The position numbers and the translations under genes are program-made. From positions 1 to 23,215 of the forward strand of contig JBDRLP010000019.1 in NCBI GenBank assembly GCA_043812975.1: a DNA stretch of 23,215 bases, read 5' to 3'. Below the pieces are notes generated by a model. The model made no database searches and was not told the DNA's origin. It worked only from the letters and a program-made list of their open reading frames with translations. The DNA is from Candidatus Iainarchaeum sp. Lineage in GTDB: Archaea > Iainarchaeota > Iainarchaeia > Iainarchaeales > Iainarchaeaceae. This document shows, piece after piece, positions 6,076 to 13,656 of this stretch (positions within the stretch are counted from its first letter, which is position 1; each line of letters opens with the position of its first letter).

Positions 6076-7779
6076 ATGGATGAAAAGTTTTTAGGAAAAG
6101 TGGCAGATAAAAGTAGTGAAGAACAATATTCTCCATTCCCAGAAGGATACAAAATCGGAAAAACCAAATATGTTATTATTACAGGTTCTGTAATCAGCGG
6201 AATTGGAAAAGGAATTTTCTCATCAGCACTTGGAAAAACACTTCAGGACAGAGGATTAAAAGTTGAGCCGATAAAAGTTGAAGCATACCTTAATGTCGAC
6301 TCAGGAACACTAAGCCCTTACAGACACGGAGAAGTTTTTGTGTTAGATGACGGCACAGAAACTGACATGGATTTAGGAAGCTACGAAAGATTTTTAGATT
6401 TAGAACTTACAAAAGAAAACTTTATTACTCCTGGACAGATTTACCAAAAGTTAATTGAAAAAGAACGAAAAGGAGATTATAATGGCAGAGATGTGCAATA
6501 CATTCCGCATGTTACTGGCGAAACAAAATATGTACTAAGAAATCTTGCAATAAAAAGCAAAGCAGATATTGTTCTTGTAGAAATCGGCGGAACTGTAGGG
6601 GATTTTGAAAATTTATTTGCAATGGAAAGTACAAGACAGATGATTTATGAAGAAGGCCCGGAAAATGTGTGCCTTGTAAACCTTACTTACATTGTTGAAC
6701 CTAATCATTTAGGAGAATTCAAAAGCAAAGCAGCACAACTAGGGTTAAGAGAACTAATGAGACTTGGATTGCAGCCTGACTTAATTGTATGCAGAAGCCA
6801 ACACCCGGTTACTGAAACAATAAAGGAAAAAATTTCTATGAACGCTAATGTCCCTATTGAAAAAGTATTCAATACATTTGATGTCGACAACATTTACGAA
6901 TTACCCTTATTCTTCAGAGAACAGGGAATTGACCAAGCAATAATGGAAATTCTGCAATGGGAAAAAAAATACAAAGCGAATGGAAGTCATAGTTTAAAAG
7001 AATGGACTGAAAAAAATGTTGTGGAAAAGAAAGGCGAAATTACGATAGGGATTGCCGGAAAATACACTGGAACAAGTGACACTTACATTAGTATTGTAAA
7101 AGCATTAGAACATTGTTCAACCAAATTGAAAACTAATATTAAAATTAAGTGGATTGAAACCACGAGTATTGAAAAAGGAAAAACCAAAGTAGAAGAAGAA
7201 ATGAAAGGAGTCAACGGAGTAATTATCCCAGGAGGCTTTGGAACTCGCGGTATTGAAGGAAAAATATCAGTTGCAAAGTATGTTCGTGAAAATAATGTAC
7301 CTTTCCTGGGGATTTGTTATGGTTTCCAGATGGCAGTTGTTGAATTCGCAAGGAATGTCTGCGGAATAAAAGATGCCTCCACTGAAGAAGTAAAAAAAGA
7401 TGAGGATACTAACGTTATCTGTATACTTCCTGAACAGGAAGAAGTAGAGGGTTTGGGCGGAACACTAAGATTAGGTGGTTTTGATATTAAGCTGAAAAAA
7501 GACACCAAAGCATGGGAACTTTACGGAAAAAAGGATTCTGTGAGGGAAAGATTCAGACACAGGTTTAATGTTAATACAAAATTCATTGATAAATTAGAGG
7601 GATGCGGTTTAATATTTTCAGGAATGGCTCCGAAAAAAAGAATCATGCAGATTCTAGAACTTAAGGATCATCCGTTCTTTATCGGAACCCAGTATCACGC
7701 TGAATTTACTTCAAGGCCTCTGAACCCTAACCCTATTTACTTTGGTTTAGTGAAAGCTGCTATTGAAAATAAGAAATAA
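6076..7779 (+). CDS. pyrG: CTP synthase
   Basis: KYVIITGSVISGIGKG, YLNVDSGTLSPYRHGEVFV, DMDLGSYERF, EIGGTVGD, PGGFG, nucleophile GICYG, ERFRHR, QYHAEF. Confidence 0.98.
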   Translation: MDEKFLGKVADKSSEEQYSPFPEGYKIGKTKYVIITGSVISGIGKGIFSSALGKTLQDRGLKVEPIKVEAYLNVDSGTLSPYRHGEVFVLDDGTETDMDLGSYERFLDLELTKENFITPGQIYQKLIEKERKGDYNGRDVQYIPHVTGETKYVLRNLAIKSKADIVLVEIGGTVGDFENLFAMESTRQMIYEEGPENVCLVNLTYIVEPNHLGEFKSKAAQLGLRELMRLGLQPDLIVCRSQHPVTETIKEKISMNANVPIEKVFNTFDVDNIYELPLFFREQGIDQAIMEILQWEKKYKANGSHSLKEWTEKNVVEKKGEITIGIAGKYTGTSDTYISIVKALEHCSTKLKTNIKIKWIETTSIEKGKTKVEEEMKGVNGVIIPGGFGTRGIEGKISVAKYVRENNVPFLGICYGFQMAVVEFARNVCGIKDASTEEVKKDEDTNVICILPEQEEVEGLGGTLRLGGFDIKLKKDTKAWELYGKKDSVRERFRHRFNVNTKFIDKLEGCGLIFSGMAPKKRIMQILELKDHPFFIGTQYHAEFTSRPLNPNPIYFGLVKAAIENKK

Positions 7780-7843
7780 TTTTTATTCGACAAATTAACT
7801 TTATAATATCAAGCATTCAGAATTTAGTGTAGAACTTGGTATA

Positions 7844-9157
7844 ATGACTGTTTTAAAGAGAAGCAGTTCTGGAATGGAACTGGAACTTCAGGTTTTAGAT
7901 GAAAGGGGAAAAATTTCTAATAAATCAAAAGAGTTAATAGCAGAAGTAAAAAAAAGAAATAAAAAAATCGATTTAGTTCACGAAGCAACTAAAAATACTG
8001 TTGAATTAAAAAGCCTGCCAAAAGTTAGACTAAAAGATTCTTTTCCAAGATTGTTTGAGGATCTTGAAACAACAATAGAAGCCGCAGATTCTCAGGGGCT
8101 GAAAATATTTGGTTTAGGAACTTATCCTGGAAGCTTTAATGTTGAACAAGTTCCAAAAAAAAGATATAAGCTTCAAACAGCAATATTCAACAAAAAAGAT
8201 ATATTTGCTTGGGGTCACTGCGCAGGATTCCACTACCATTATACACTTCCATGGGGAGTTTTTGACTCTAAAAAAAAGTTTCTAAAAAAACTAGTAAACT
8301 CCAAAACTAAACAAAGTCTTTTGGACAGTCATAACTTGTTAGTGGCAATTGATCCGGCAACAAGCTGTTTAATGCAATCAAGTCCTTTCATAAACGGGAA
8401 TTTTCTTGCGAAGGATTCCAGAATGCTGCAAATAAGGAATCCTGATGAATTGGATTACCAAAAAGGGTTATTTACAGAACTTGAAGAATTTGGAGAACTG
8501 CCAGATTACATGTGGACCATGCAGGATTTGAGGTATCGACTTCTTTCAATGGATAAAAAAATGAAAAACATAATAAAGAAAACAAGATACAAAGATGAAG
8601 TTAAGAAAAAACAACTTCTGGATTTTGTATGGACTGTAATAAAGATTAACAAACTTGGTACTTTAGAATACAGAGGCTGTGACATGAACCATCCAAAATA
8701 TTTTGCAGGAACCGCAATACTACTAAAATCAATTCAGCGAGTTATTCAACAGGAATTCTACAAGGTTGAAGTTTCAGATGTTGGAATAAAAGAACCATTC
8801 AAAATAGAAGGGGAAACAATTTACATCCCCCCTGAAAGTTATGTGAAACTAAAATTGCAACCTGCAAGTGCATACAAAGGATTTGAGGATAAAGAAGTAT
8901 ATACCTATGTGAAAAGGTTTTTCAATTTTGCAAAAAAACATGCTAACAAGGATTACCTGAAACTCCTTACCCCGTTAAAAAATTTGATTGAAAGAAAAGA
9001 AACTGTTTCGGATATACTCATAAAAAGAGTGAAAAAGAAAGGATATTCATTAAATGATTACATACCTCAAAATATCTGTGCAGAAATAGCATTAAAGCAT
9101 TCCGCGCAGTTTGTAAAGGAAACTTATAGGATAAAAGACAGGATACCGAGTGATTAA
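7844..9157 (+). CDS. Glutamate-cysteine ligase family 2 (GCS2/YbdK-like) carboxylate-amine ligase
   Basis: Motifs GMELELQ, VELKS, GFHYH, SSPF..G....DSR and GTLEYRGCD. Own TATA-like TTTATAAT at 7800-7807. Confidence 0.85.
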   Translation: MTVLKRSSSGMELELQVLDERGKISNKSKELIAEVKKRNKKIDLVHEATKNTVELKSLPKVRLKDSFPRLFEDLETTIEAADSQGLKIFGLGTYPGSFNVEQVPKKRYKLQTAIFNKKDIFAWGHCAGFHYHYTLPWGVFDSKKKFLKKLVNSKTKQSLLDSHNLLVAIDPATSCLMQSSPFINGNFLAKDSRMLQIRNPDELDYQKGLFTELEEFGELPDYMWTMQDLRYRLLSMDKKMKNIIKKTRYKDEVKKKQLLDFVWTVIKINKLGTLEYRGCDMNHPKYFAGTAILLKSIQRVIQQEFYKVEVSDVGIKEPFKIEGETIYIPPESYVKLKLQPASAYKGFEDKEVYTYVKRFFNFAKKHANKDYLKLLTPLKNLIERKETVSDILIKRVKKKGYSLNDYIPQNICAEIALKHSAQFVKETYRIKDRIPSD

Positions 9158-9159
9158 AA

Positions 9160-10074
9160 ATGAAAAAAATTGGTTTATGGATTCCATCACGAAAAAATTA
9201 TTCTTCAGTTTCAATTGAACAACCAGGCTACTTCATCCAAAACTTCAAAGAAGACATAATGAAAATTTTAAAAAATCAAAAAAATGTTGAAATAATTGAG
9301 GATCTTGATTTTAGAAAAGCAGTTGTAAAAAACAGCGATGTTTTTCTCAGGGATTTTTGTTTCTCTGAATTAGATGTTTTCTTTTGGTTAGGGGAAATAG
9401 ACCGAAGTCCAACAAGTTATCATATAGAAATACTTGAAACAATAGCTAAAAAAACAAAAGTAATAAACAACCCTAGTGCACTGAAAATTGGTTTGGATAA
9501 GTATCTCTCACAATTAACTTTAAAACAAAATAATATCCCTGTTCCCGAATTTATGCTTGCTTCCCCAGATAATTTGGAAGAAATTAGAAAACAAGTTGAA
9601 AAGAAAACCTTTATTATAAAACCAAGATTTGGGAGTTTTGGTTCAGGCATAATGAAGATTGCTGATTATCAAAACCTTGTAGATATAGTGGATTATTCAG
9701 AACAAAAAAGCCATTTTCTCGAGGAGTTCATAGAATTTGATTTTGAAAACTGGATAGGAATCAATGTAATCGGAGGAAAAATCATTTACGGTTATGGAAA
9801 AGAGAAATCAAAAATTTCAGGCTGGAAAGTTTTTGACAGAGAAAGAAAAGGAGGAAAAATGATTCTTAAAAAACCTTCAAAAGAACAGGAAAAAATAGCT
9901 TTACAGGTTGCAAAGGCAACAGGCCTTGATTTTTTCGGCGTTGACATCATTAAATCCAAACAAGGTCAAAACTACGCCATAGACGTAAACACATTTCCAG
10001 GATTATACCCTGAAATGTTTGCAGAAGCAAAAGTGAATGGCGCTGAACATCTAGTAAAATTAATTTTAAAGTAA
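9160..10074 (+). CDS. RimK-like ATP-grasp peptide/amide ligase, divergent active site
   Basis: INNPSAL...DKY, IPVPE, IIKPRFGSFGSGI, EEFI, GVDII, IDVNTFPG. Starts 2 nt after the GCS2 stop, consistent with an operon. Confidence 0.88.
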   Translation: MKKIGLWIPSRKNYSSVSIEQPGYFIQNFKEDIMKILKNQKNVEIIEDLDFRKAVVKNSDVFLRDFCFSELDVFFWLGEIDRSPTSYHIEILETIAKKTKVINNPSALKIGLDKYLSQLTLKQNNIPVPEFMLASPDNLEEIRKQVEKKTFIIKPRFGSFGSGIMKIADYQNLVDIVDYSEQKSHFLEEFIEFDFENWIGINVIGGKIIYGYGKEKSKISGWKVFDRERKGGKMILKKPSKEQEKIALQVAKATGLDFFGVDIIKSKQGQNYAIDVNTFPGLYPEMFAEAKVNGAEHLVKLILK

Positions 10075-10650
10075 TTATTTTGCTTTTTTGAACGGATCAA
10101 ATTCTTTGATATACTGAATCGTACTTTTTTCTTCGGAAATATCCTCTTCCTCACTAACTTTTCTAACATCCTCAATTGAATAAAACACTTTTGAATTAAT
10201 ACCATTTACAATTTTTATTACTTTTTTTATTTTCTTTCTATCCGTCAACAAGGTTATTATTTTTGCAGTATCTCTTTTGTAATCTGCAGTTACAACAGTT
10301 AAACGATAGCCCTCCTTCTCCAATGCATCCATTACCGCAATATAATTTGTCCTAATAACAAACCGAATCCTTGCTTTTCCAAGAGAAATTTTTTCTTCTA
10401 ACCATATTCCTGAAAACGTTCCAGCAGCAAATCCAAGCCCATAAACAATAATCAACCAAGTATTGGTTATGTTCAGTATTATCTGCGAAATTGCTAACAA
10501 CCAGATTACTGATTCAAAAAAACCAACAATAGGAGCATAATATTTGAAACCTTTTGCAATAAAAATCACTCTTAAAGTACCCATGCTCACGTCTACTATT
10601 CTTGCAAGGAATATGAACAATGGCAATGCAACCCAAGAAAAAAAATCCAT
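10075..10650 (-). CDS. UPF0316 (DUF5698/DUF2179) membrane protein
   Basis: FIFLARIVDVSMGTLR...GFFESVIW...YGLGFAAGTFSG; three TM helices plus a soluble C-terminal domain; GGAG RBS. Confidence 0.88.
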   Translation of the reverse strand: MDFFSWVALPLFIFLARIVDVSMGTLRVIFIAKGFKYYAPIVGFFESVIWLLAISQIILNITNTWLIIVYGLGFAAGTFSGIWLEEKISLGKARIRFVIRTNYIAVMDALEKEGYRLTVVTADYKRDTAKIITLLTDRKKIKKVIKIVNGINSKVFYSIEDVRKVSEEEDISEEKSTIQYIKEFDPFKKAK

Positions 10651-10683
10651 TATAATCTCCTAAAAAAAGAAAAGGAAAAAAAA

Positions 10684-11634
10684 TTATTCATCTTCTTCCG
10701 ATTCTTTGAAAGCCCACTTGTTTCCGCCTGAAAGAATTTCTTCAGCAACTTCATTGTCTTCTTTAGAAAGAGGCAAACCATGCTCATCTTTTTCATTTGA
10801 ATAAATTGAATCAAGTCTTGGCAATCTGTCCTTTGCAATAAATGCAACAATTCCAAGGACAACAATAATTACGATAAATGCAATCGGCAAAGCAAGGCCT
10901 TTTGCCAAATTAAACATGCCTGTAATTGGAGAATTCTTTTGAGCTTCTTCATCTGCAAGGCGAGCTGCTTCTTCATCTGCAAGTTTTTGAGATTCTATTC
11001 CTTCAAGAGAAGCAATTCTTTGTTCAAGAGAACTTGTTGTTGAACTTAAAGAACTTGATGTTGAATCAACCTTGGATGAAACTGAAGAAACATCATTGCT
11101 CAATGAAGAAAGACTTGAATCAAGGGAATTAGCAAGAGCTTCAGTTGTGTTTAATTTATCCCAGAAACCCTGAAAGTCAGCTTCAATGTTTTTTAATTTC
11201 TGATCAAACTCATCCAAAGGAGCCAGTTTTTCCTCAACTCTTGCATCAACGCTTGCCAGAATATCGGATTCATTAGGAAGATTGATTGCAGTAATTTCTT
11301 TCGAATCAGAACCGCCTGAGGAGTCGGCAATTATTGTGTGGATTCCTTGACTTAAGCCAACGTGATAAACAACAAGATCGTCATTGAACATAAAAGCATT
11401 GGAAACTTTAGGAGAAAATGCTTCATAAACAACTGCACCGCTTGAGTAAACCTCAACTATTTTTGTACCATCTATTTCCACAGTGGCTGTCGAGCCGGAA
11501 CCAATATTAGCACTAAAACCCCAGGAAACATCTTTTGGTATTGTTGATGGGGCATCAATAGAAACCGCACCGGCTACGCCGGCAAGAGAAGCAAGAATTA
11601 ACAAAATTAATCCAAAAATTAAACTCTTTTTCAT
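10684..11634 (-). CDS. Cell-surface protein: signal peptide, beta-rich domain, Ser-rich coiled coil, C-terminal TM anchor, acidic tail
   Basis: MKKSLIFGLILLILASLAGVAGA signal; heptad-like S-rich stretch; TM LALPIAFIVIIVVLGIVAFIA; TTTATTAA 29 nt upstream. Confidence 0.85.
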   Translation of the reverse strand: MKKSLIFGLILLILASLAGVAGAVSIDAPSTIPKDVSWGFSANIGSGSTATVEIDGTKIVEVYSSGAVVYEAFSPKVSNAFMFNDDLVVYHVGLSQGIHTIIADSSGGSDSKEITAINLPNESDILASVDARVEEKLAPLDEFDQKLKNIEADFQGFWDKLNTTEALANSLDSSLSSLSNDVSSVSSKVDSTSSSLSSTTSSLEQRIASLEGIESQKLADEEAARLADEEAQKNSPITGMFNLAKGLALPIAFIVIIVVLGIVAFIAKDRLPRLDSIYSNEKDEHGLPLSKEDNEVAEEILSGGNKWAFKESEEDE

Positions 11635-11643
11635 GTATAGAAT

Positions 11644-11692
11644 AATTCACGGTTATTAATAAACTTTTTCCAATTCACGGGTGTTTTTAACA
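11644..11692. promoter_or_regulatory. Divergent leaderless promoters with two direct repeats of AATTCACGG
   Basis: Repeats at 11644-11652 and 11672-11680; TATA boxes at 11663-11656 (minus) and about 11685-11692 (plus). Confidence 0.55.
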
Positions 11693-11714
11693 AGAACTAT
11701 TCTTTTTTTACTTC

Positions 11715-12866
11715 ATGCTTGAACGAGTAAAGCTTCCGGACAAGGAAATCATTCTTTTGGGTACTGCGCATATTTCCCAGGATAGTGTGAATGATGTCAG
11801 AGAAGCCATTGAAAAAGAAAAACCTGATGTTGTCGGAGTAGAGCTTGATTTACAAAGGTTCAGGCAGCTTAAACAGGGAAATAAATGGCAGAATACCAAT
11901 ATCGGAAAAATAATTGGTTCAGGGCAAACTTACTTGTTTCTTCTTACGTTATTGCTTTCAAATATTCAGAGAAGTCTGGGGCAGAAAATAGGAATGAAAC
12001 CCGGAATGGAAATGATTGAAGCAATTAAAATTGCAGAAGAAAAAAAACTCCCGATTGTTCTTCTGGATAGAGAAGTTAACATTACTCTGAAAAGAGCAAT
12101 GCAAAAAATGACTTTCGTGGAAAAGCTCAAACTATTTTTTTCAATTGTTTCAGGTTTTTTCGGAGAAGATGATATTAAAATTACCCGTAAAAGCATTGAG
12201 AAATTAAAACAGAAAGATGTTATGACACAGCTGATGCAGCAGCTTTCAAAAGAAATGCCTTCAATCAAAGAAGTTCTTGTTGATGAAAGGGACGCATTTA
12301 TTGCAAACAGTATTACAAAAAGCCCAGGGAAAAAAATTCTTGCGGTTGTTGGAGCAGGGCATTTAGCAGGGATAAAAAAATTATTAGGAAAACCTGTTAA
12401 TATTGCGGAAATTTCAAAAGTTAAAAAAGGAAAAAGTTATGTGAAAATGCTCGCGTTCATAATCCCGTTACTTTTTGTAGCATCAATTGTGTACTTGTTT
12501 TTTACCAAAGGAGCTGATGTATCATTAACAGCAGTTCTGTACTGGTTCCTTGCAAACGGAATACTTTCATCATTAGGAGTACTGATTGCAAGAGGTCATC
12601 CTTTTTCAGTTTTAACTGCATTTATTGCCGCACCACTTACAAGTTTACATCCTTTTTTAGCAGCAGGGTGGGTCGCTGGTTTTGTGGAAGCAAAAATAAA
12701 AAACCCAAAAGTAAAAGATTTTGAGAACCTGAAGAACCTGAATTCAGTAGGGGATTTTACCAAAAACCAAGTAACAAGAATTTTACTTGTGGTTGCACTT
12801 GCTAACCTTGGATCTACGTTAGGAACAATAGTTGCGTTTCCGCTTATAGCTTCGCTTTTAGGGTGA
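11715..12866 (+). CDS. traB: TraB/PrgY (GumN/Tiki superfamily) protein with C-terminal TM region
   Basis: IILLGTAHIS, VGVELD...R, KPGMEM, LLDREVNITLKR, LVDERD, AVVGAGH, and the TM region AAPLTSLHP. Confidence 0.92.
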   Translation: MLERVKLPDKEIILLGTAHISQDSVNDVREAIEKEKPDVVGVELDLQRFRQLKQGNKWQNTNIGKIIGSGQTYLFLLTLLLSNIQRSLGQKIGMKPGMEMIEAIKIAEEKKLPIVLLDREVNITLKRAMQKMTFVEKLKLFFSIVSGFFGEDDIKITRKSIEKLKQKDVMTQLMQQLSKEMPSIKEVLVDERDAFIANSITKSPGKKILAVVGAGHLAGIKKLLGKPVNIAEISKVKKGKSYVKMLAFIIPLLFVASIVYLFFTKGADVSLTAVLYWFLANGILSSLGVLIARGHPFSVLTAFIAAPLTSLHPFLAAGWVAGFVEAKIKNPKVKDFENLKNLNSVGDFTKNQVTRILLVVALANLGSTLGTIVAFPLIASLLG

Positions 12867-12946
12867 GGTTTTTGATCAAACTTTTTTTCTAAAAAGTTTG
12901 TGGAACAATAGTTGCGTTTCCGCTGATTGCATCCTTACTTGGATGA
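12822..12946 (+). repeat. Direct duplication of the traB 3' end (12822-12866 and 12902-12946); attL/attR-like scar
   Basis: 23-nt identical core ggaacaatagttgcgtttccgct. Both copies encode GTIVAFPLIASLLG*, with 9 differences, all synonymous. Confidence 0.9.
12871..12900. repeat. Palindromic spacer: tttgatcaaa palindrome overlapping a 10-bp hairpin caaacttttt-ttct-aaaaagtttg
   Basis: Perfect arms 12877-12886 and 12891-12900. Lies between convergent genes, so it may also act as a terminator. Confidence 0.75.
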
Positions 12947-13573
12947 CTTCTTCAAATAAGGAAGAACATTTCCTTTTTGCTCAGCTTCTTCAATTAGTTT
13001 TTTTGCGAAAAAAATTCTTTGCGCGGAACCAATGAAAGCGATTATTGCGATTAACCACAATGAAGCTTCAAGCACAGGAAACCCAAAATAATTAAATGAA
13101 AAAATTGACAGGAAAATTCCAGCAAGCAAGAGAAGCATTCTTTCGGAGTGCTCTCCCAATCCAGGCCAGTCGCGGTTGTCAGTAATAATTACAAGAGCAA
13201 CTCTTGGTTTTGCATAACTATTCAGCAGGGAAAACGCAAGTGCAAAAATAGCTGCTATCGGGTGCAGGAAAGCAACCGAAATGAACAGGATTATCTCCAC
13301 GACCTTGTCAATCATTGTTTCGAAATAGTTTCCGAACAAAGAATCCTTTTTCTGCAAACGTGCTACAGAACCATCAAACATATCAATTGAAATCGCAATT
13401 AGAGTGAGCACAAATGCTTCTGCAAACTTTTCCTGCAGAATAAAAAAACCAGCATAAAGCGCAAATAACGGACCTAAAAGAGTAAACAGAGTTGGAGGAA
13501 AGCCTATTGCAGCAAAAGGTCTTGCAACAGCCTCGGTAAAGGCTTTAGTGTGCGGTCTTAATGATCCAAGCAT
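12935..13573 (-). CDS. CDP-alcohol phosphatidyltransferase family protein (archaetidylinositol-phosphate-synthase/PgsA-like)
   Basis: DMFDGSVAR-x8-GNYFETMID matches DxxDGxxAR...GxxxDxxxD with one D-to-E change; multiple TM helices; SYAK.R and GEHSER motifs. Confidence 0.88.
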   Translation of the reverse strand: MLGSLRPHTKAFTEAVARPFAAIGFPPTLFTLLGPLFALYAGFFILQEKFAEAFVLTLIAISIDMFDGSVARLQKKDSLFGNYFETMIDKVVEIILFISVAFLHPIAAIFALAFSLLNSYAKPRVALVIITDNRDWPGLGEHSERMLLLLAGIFLSIFSFNYFGFPVLEASLWLIAIIAFIGSAQRIFFAKKLIEEAEQKGNVLPYLKKSSK

Positions 13574-13656
13574 AGAAATTACCCTATATATTATTACATT
13601 TATATAATAATGAACTATATTAAAAGAAATATAATACTAATAAATATGGGGTTAAC

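Noticed and set aside
6041..6094. Upstream ORF overlapping the pyrG start (MKFCIRHEWGFKWMKSF)
   Set aside because: No RBS, not at the predicted transcript start, and its length is compatible with chance.
10072..10077. Abutting stop codons (TAA/TTA) of the ATP-grasp and UPF0316 genes
   Set aside because: Ordinary compact packing of convergent genes; no evidence of a functional link.
11715..12866. traB as evidence of a conjugative element
   Set aside because: This is the TraB/PrgY/GumN family common on archaeal chromosomes, not a type IV secretion component, and no other transfer genes are present.
12822..12946. Mini CRISPR array (23-nt repeat twice)
   Set aside because: Only two copies, the repeat is traB coding sequence, similarity continues at the protein level beyond the core, and no cas genes are present.
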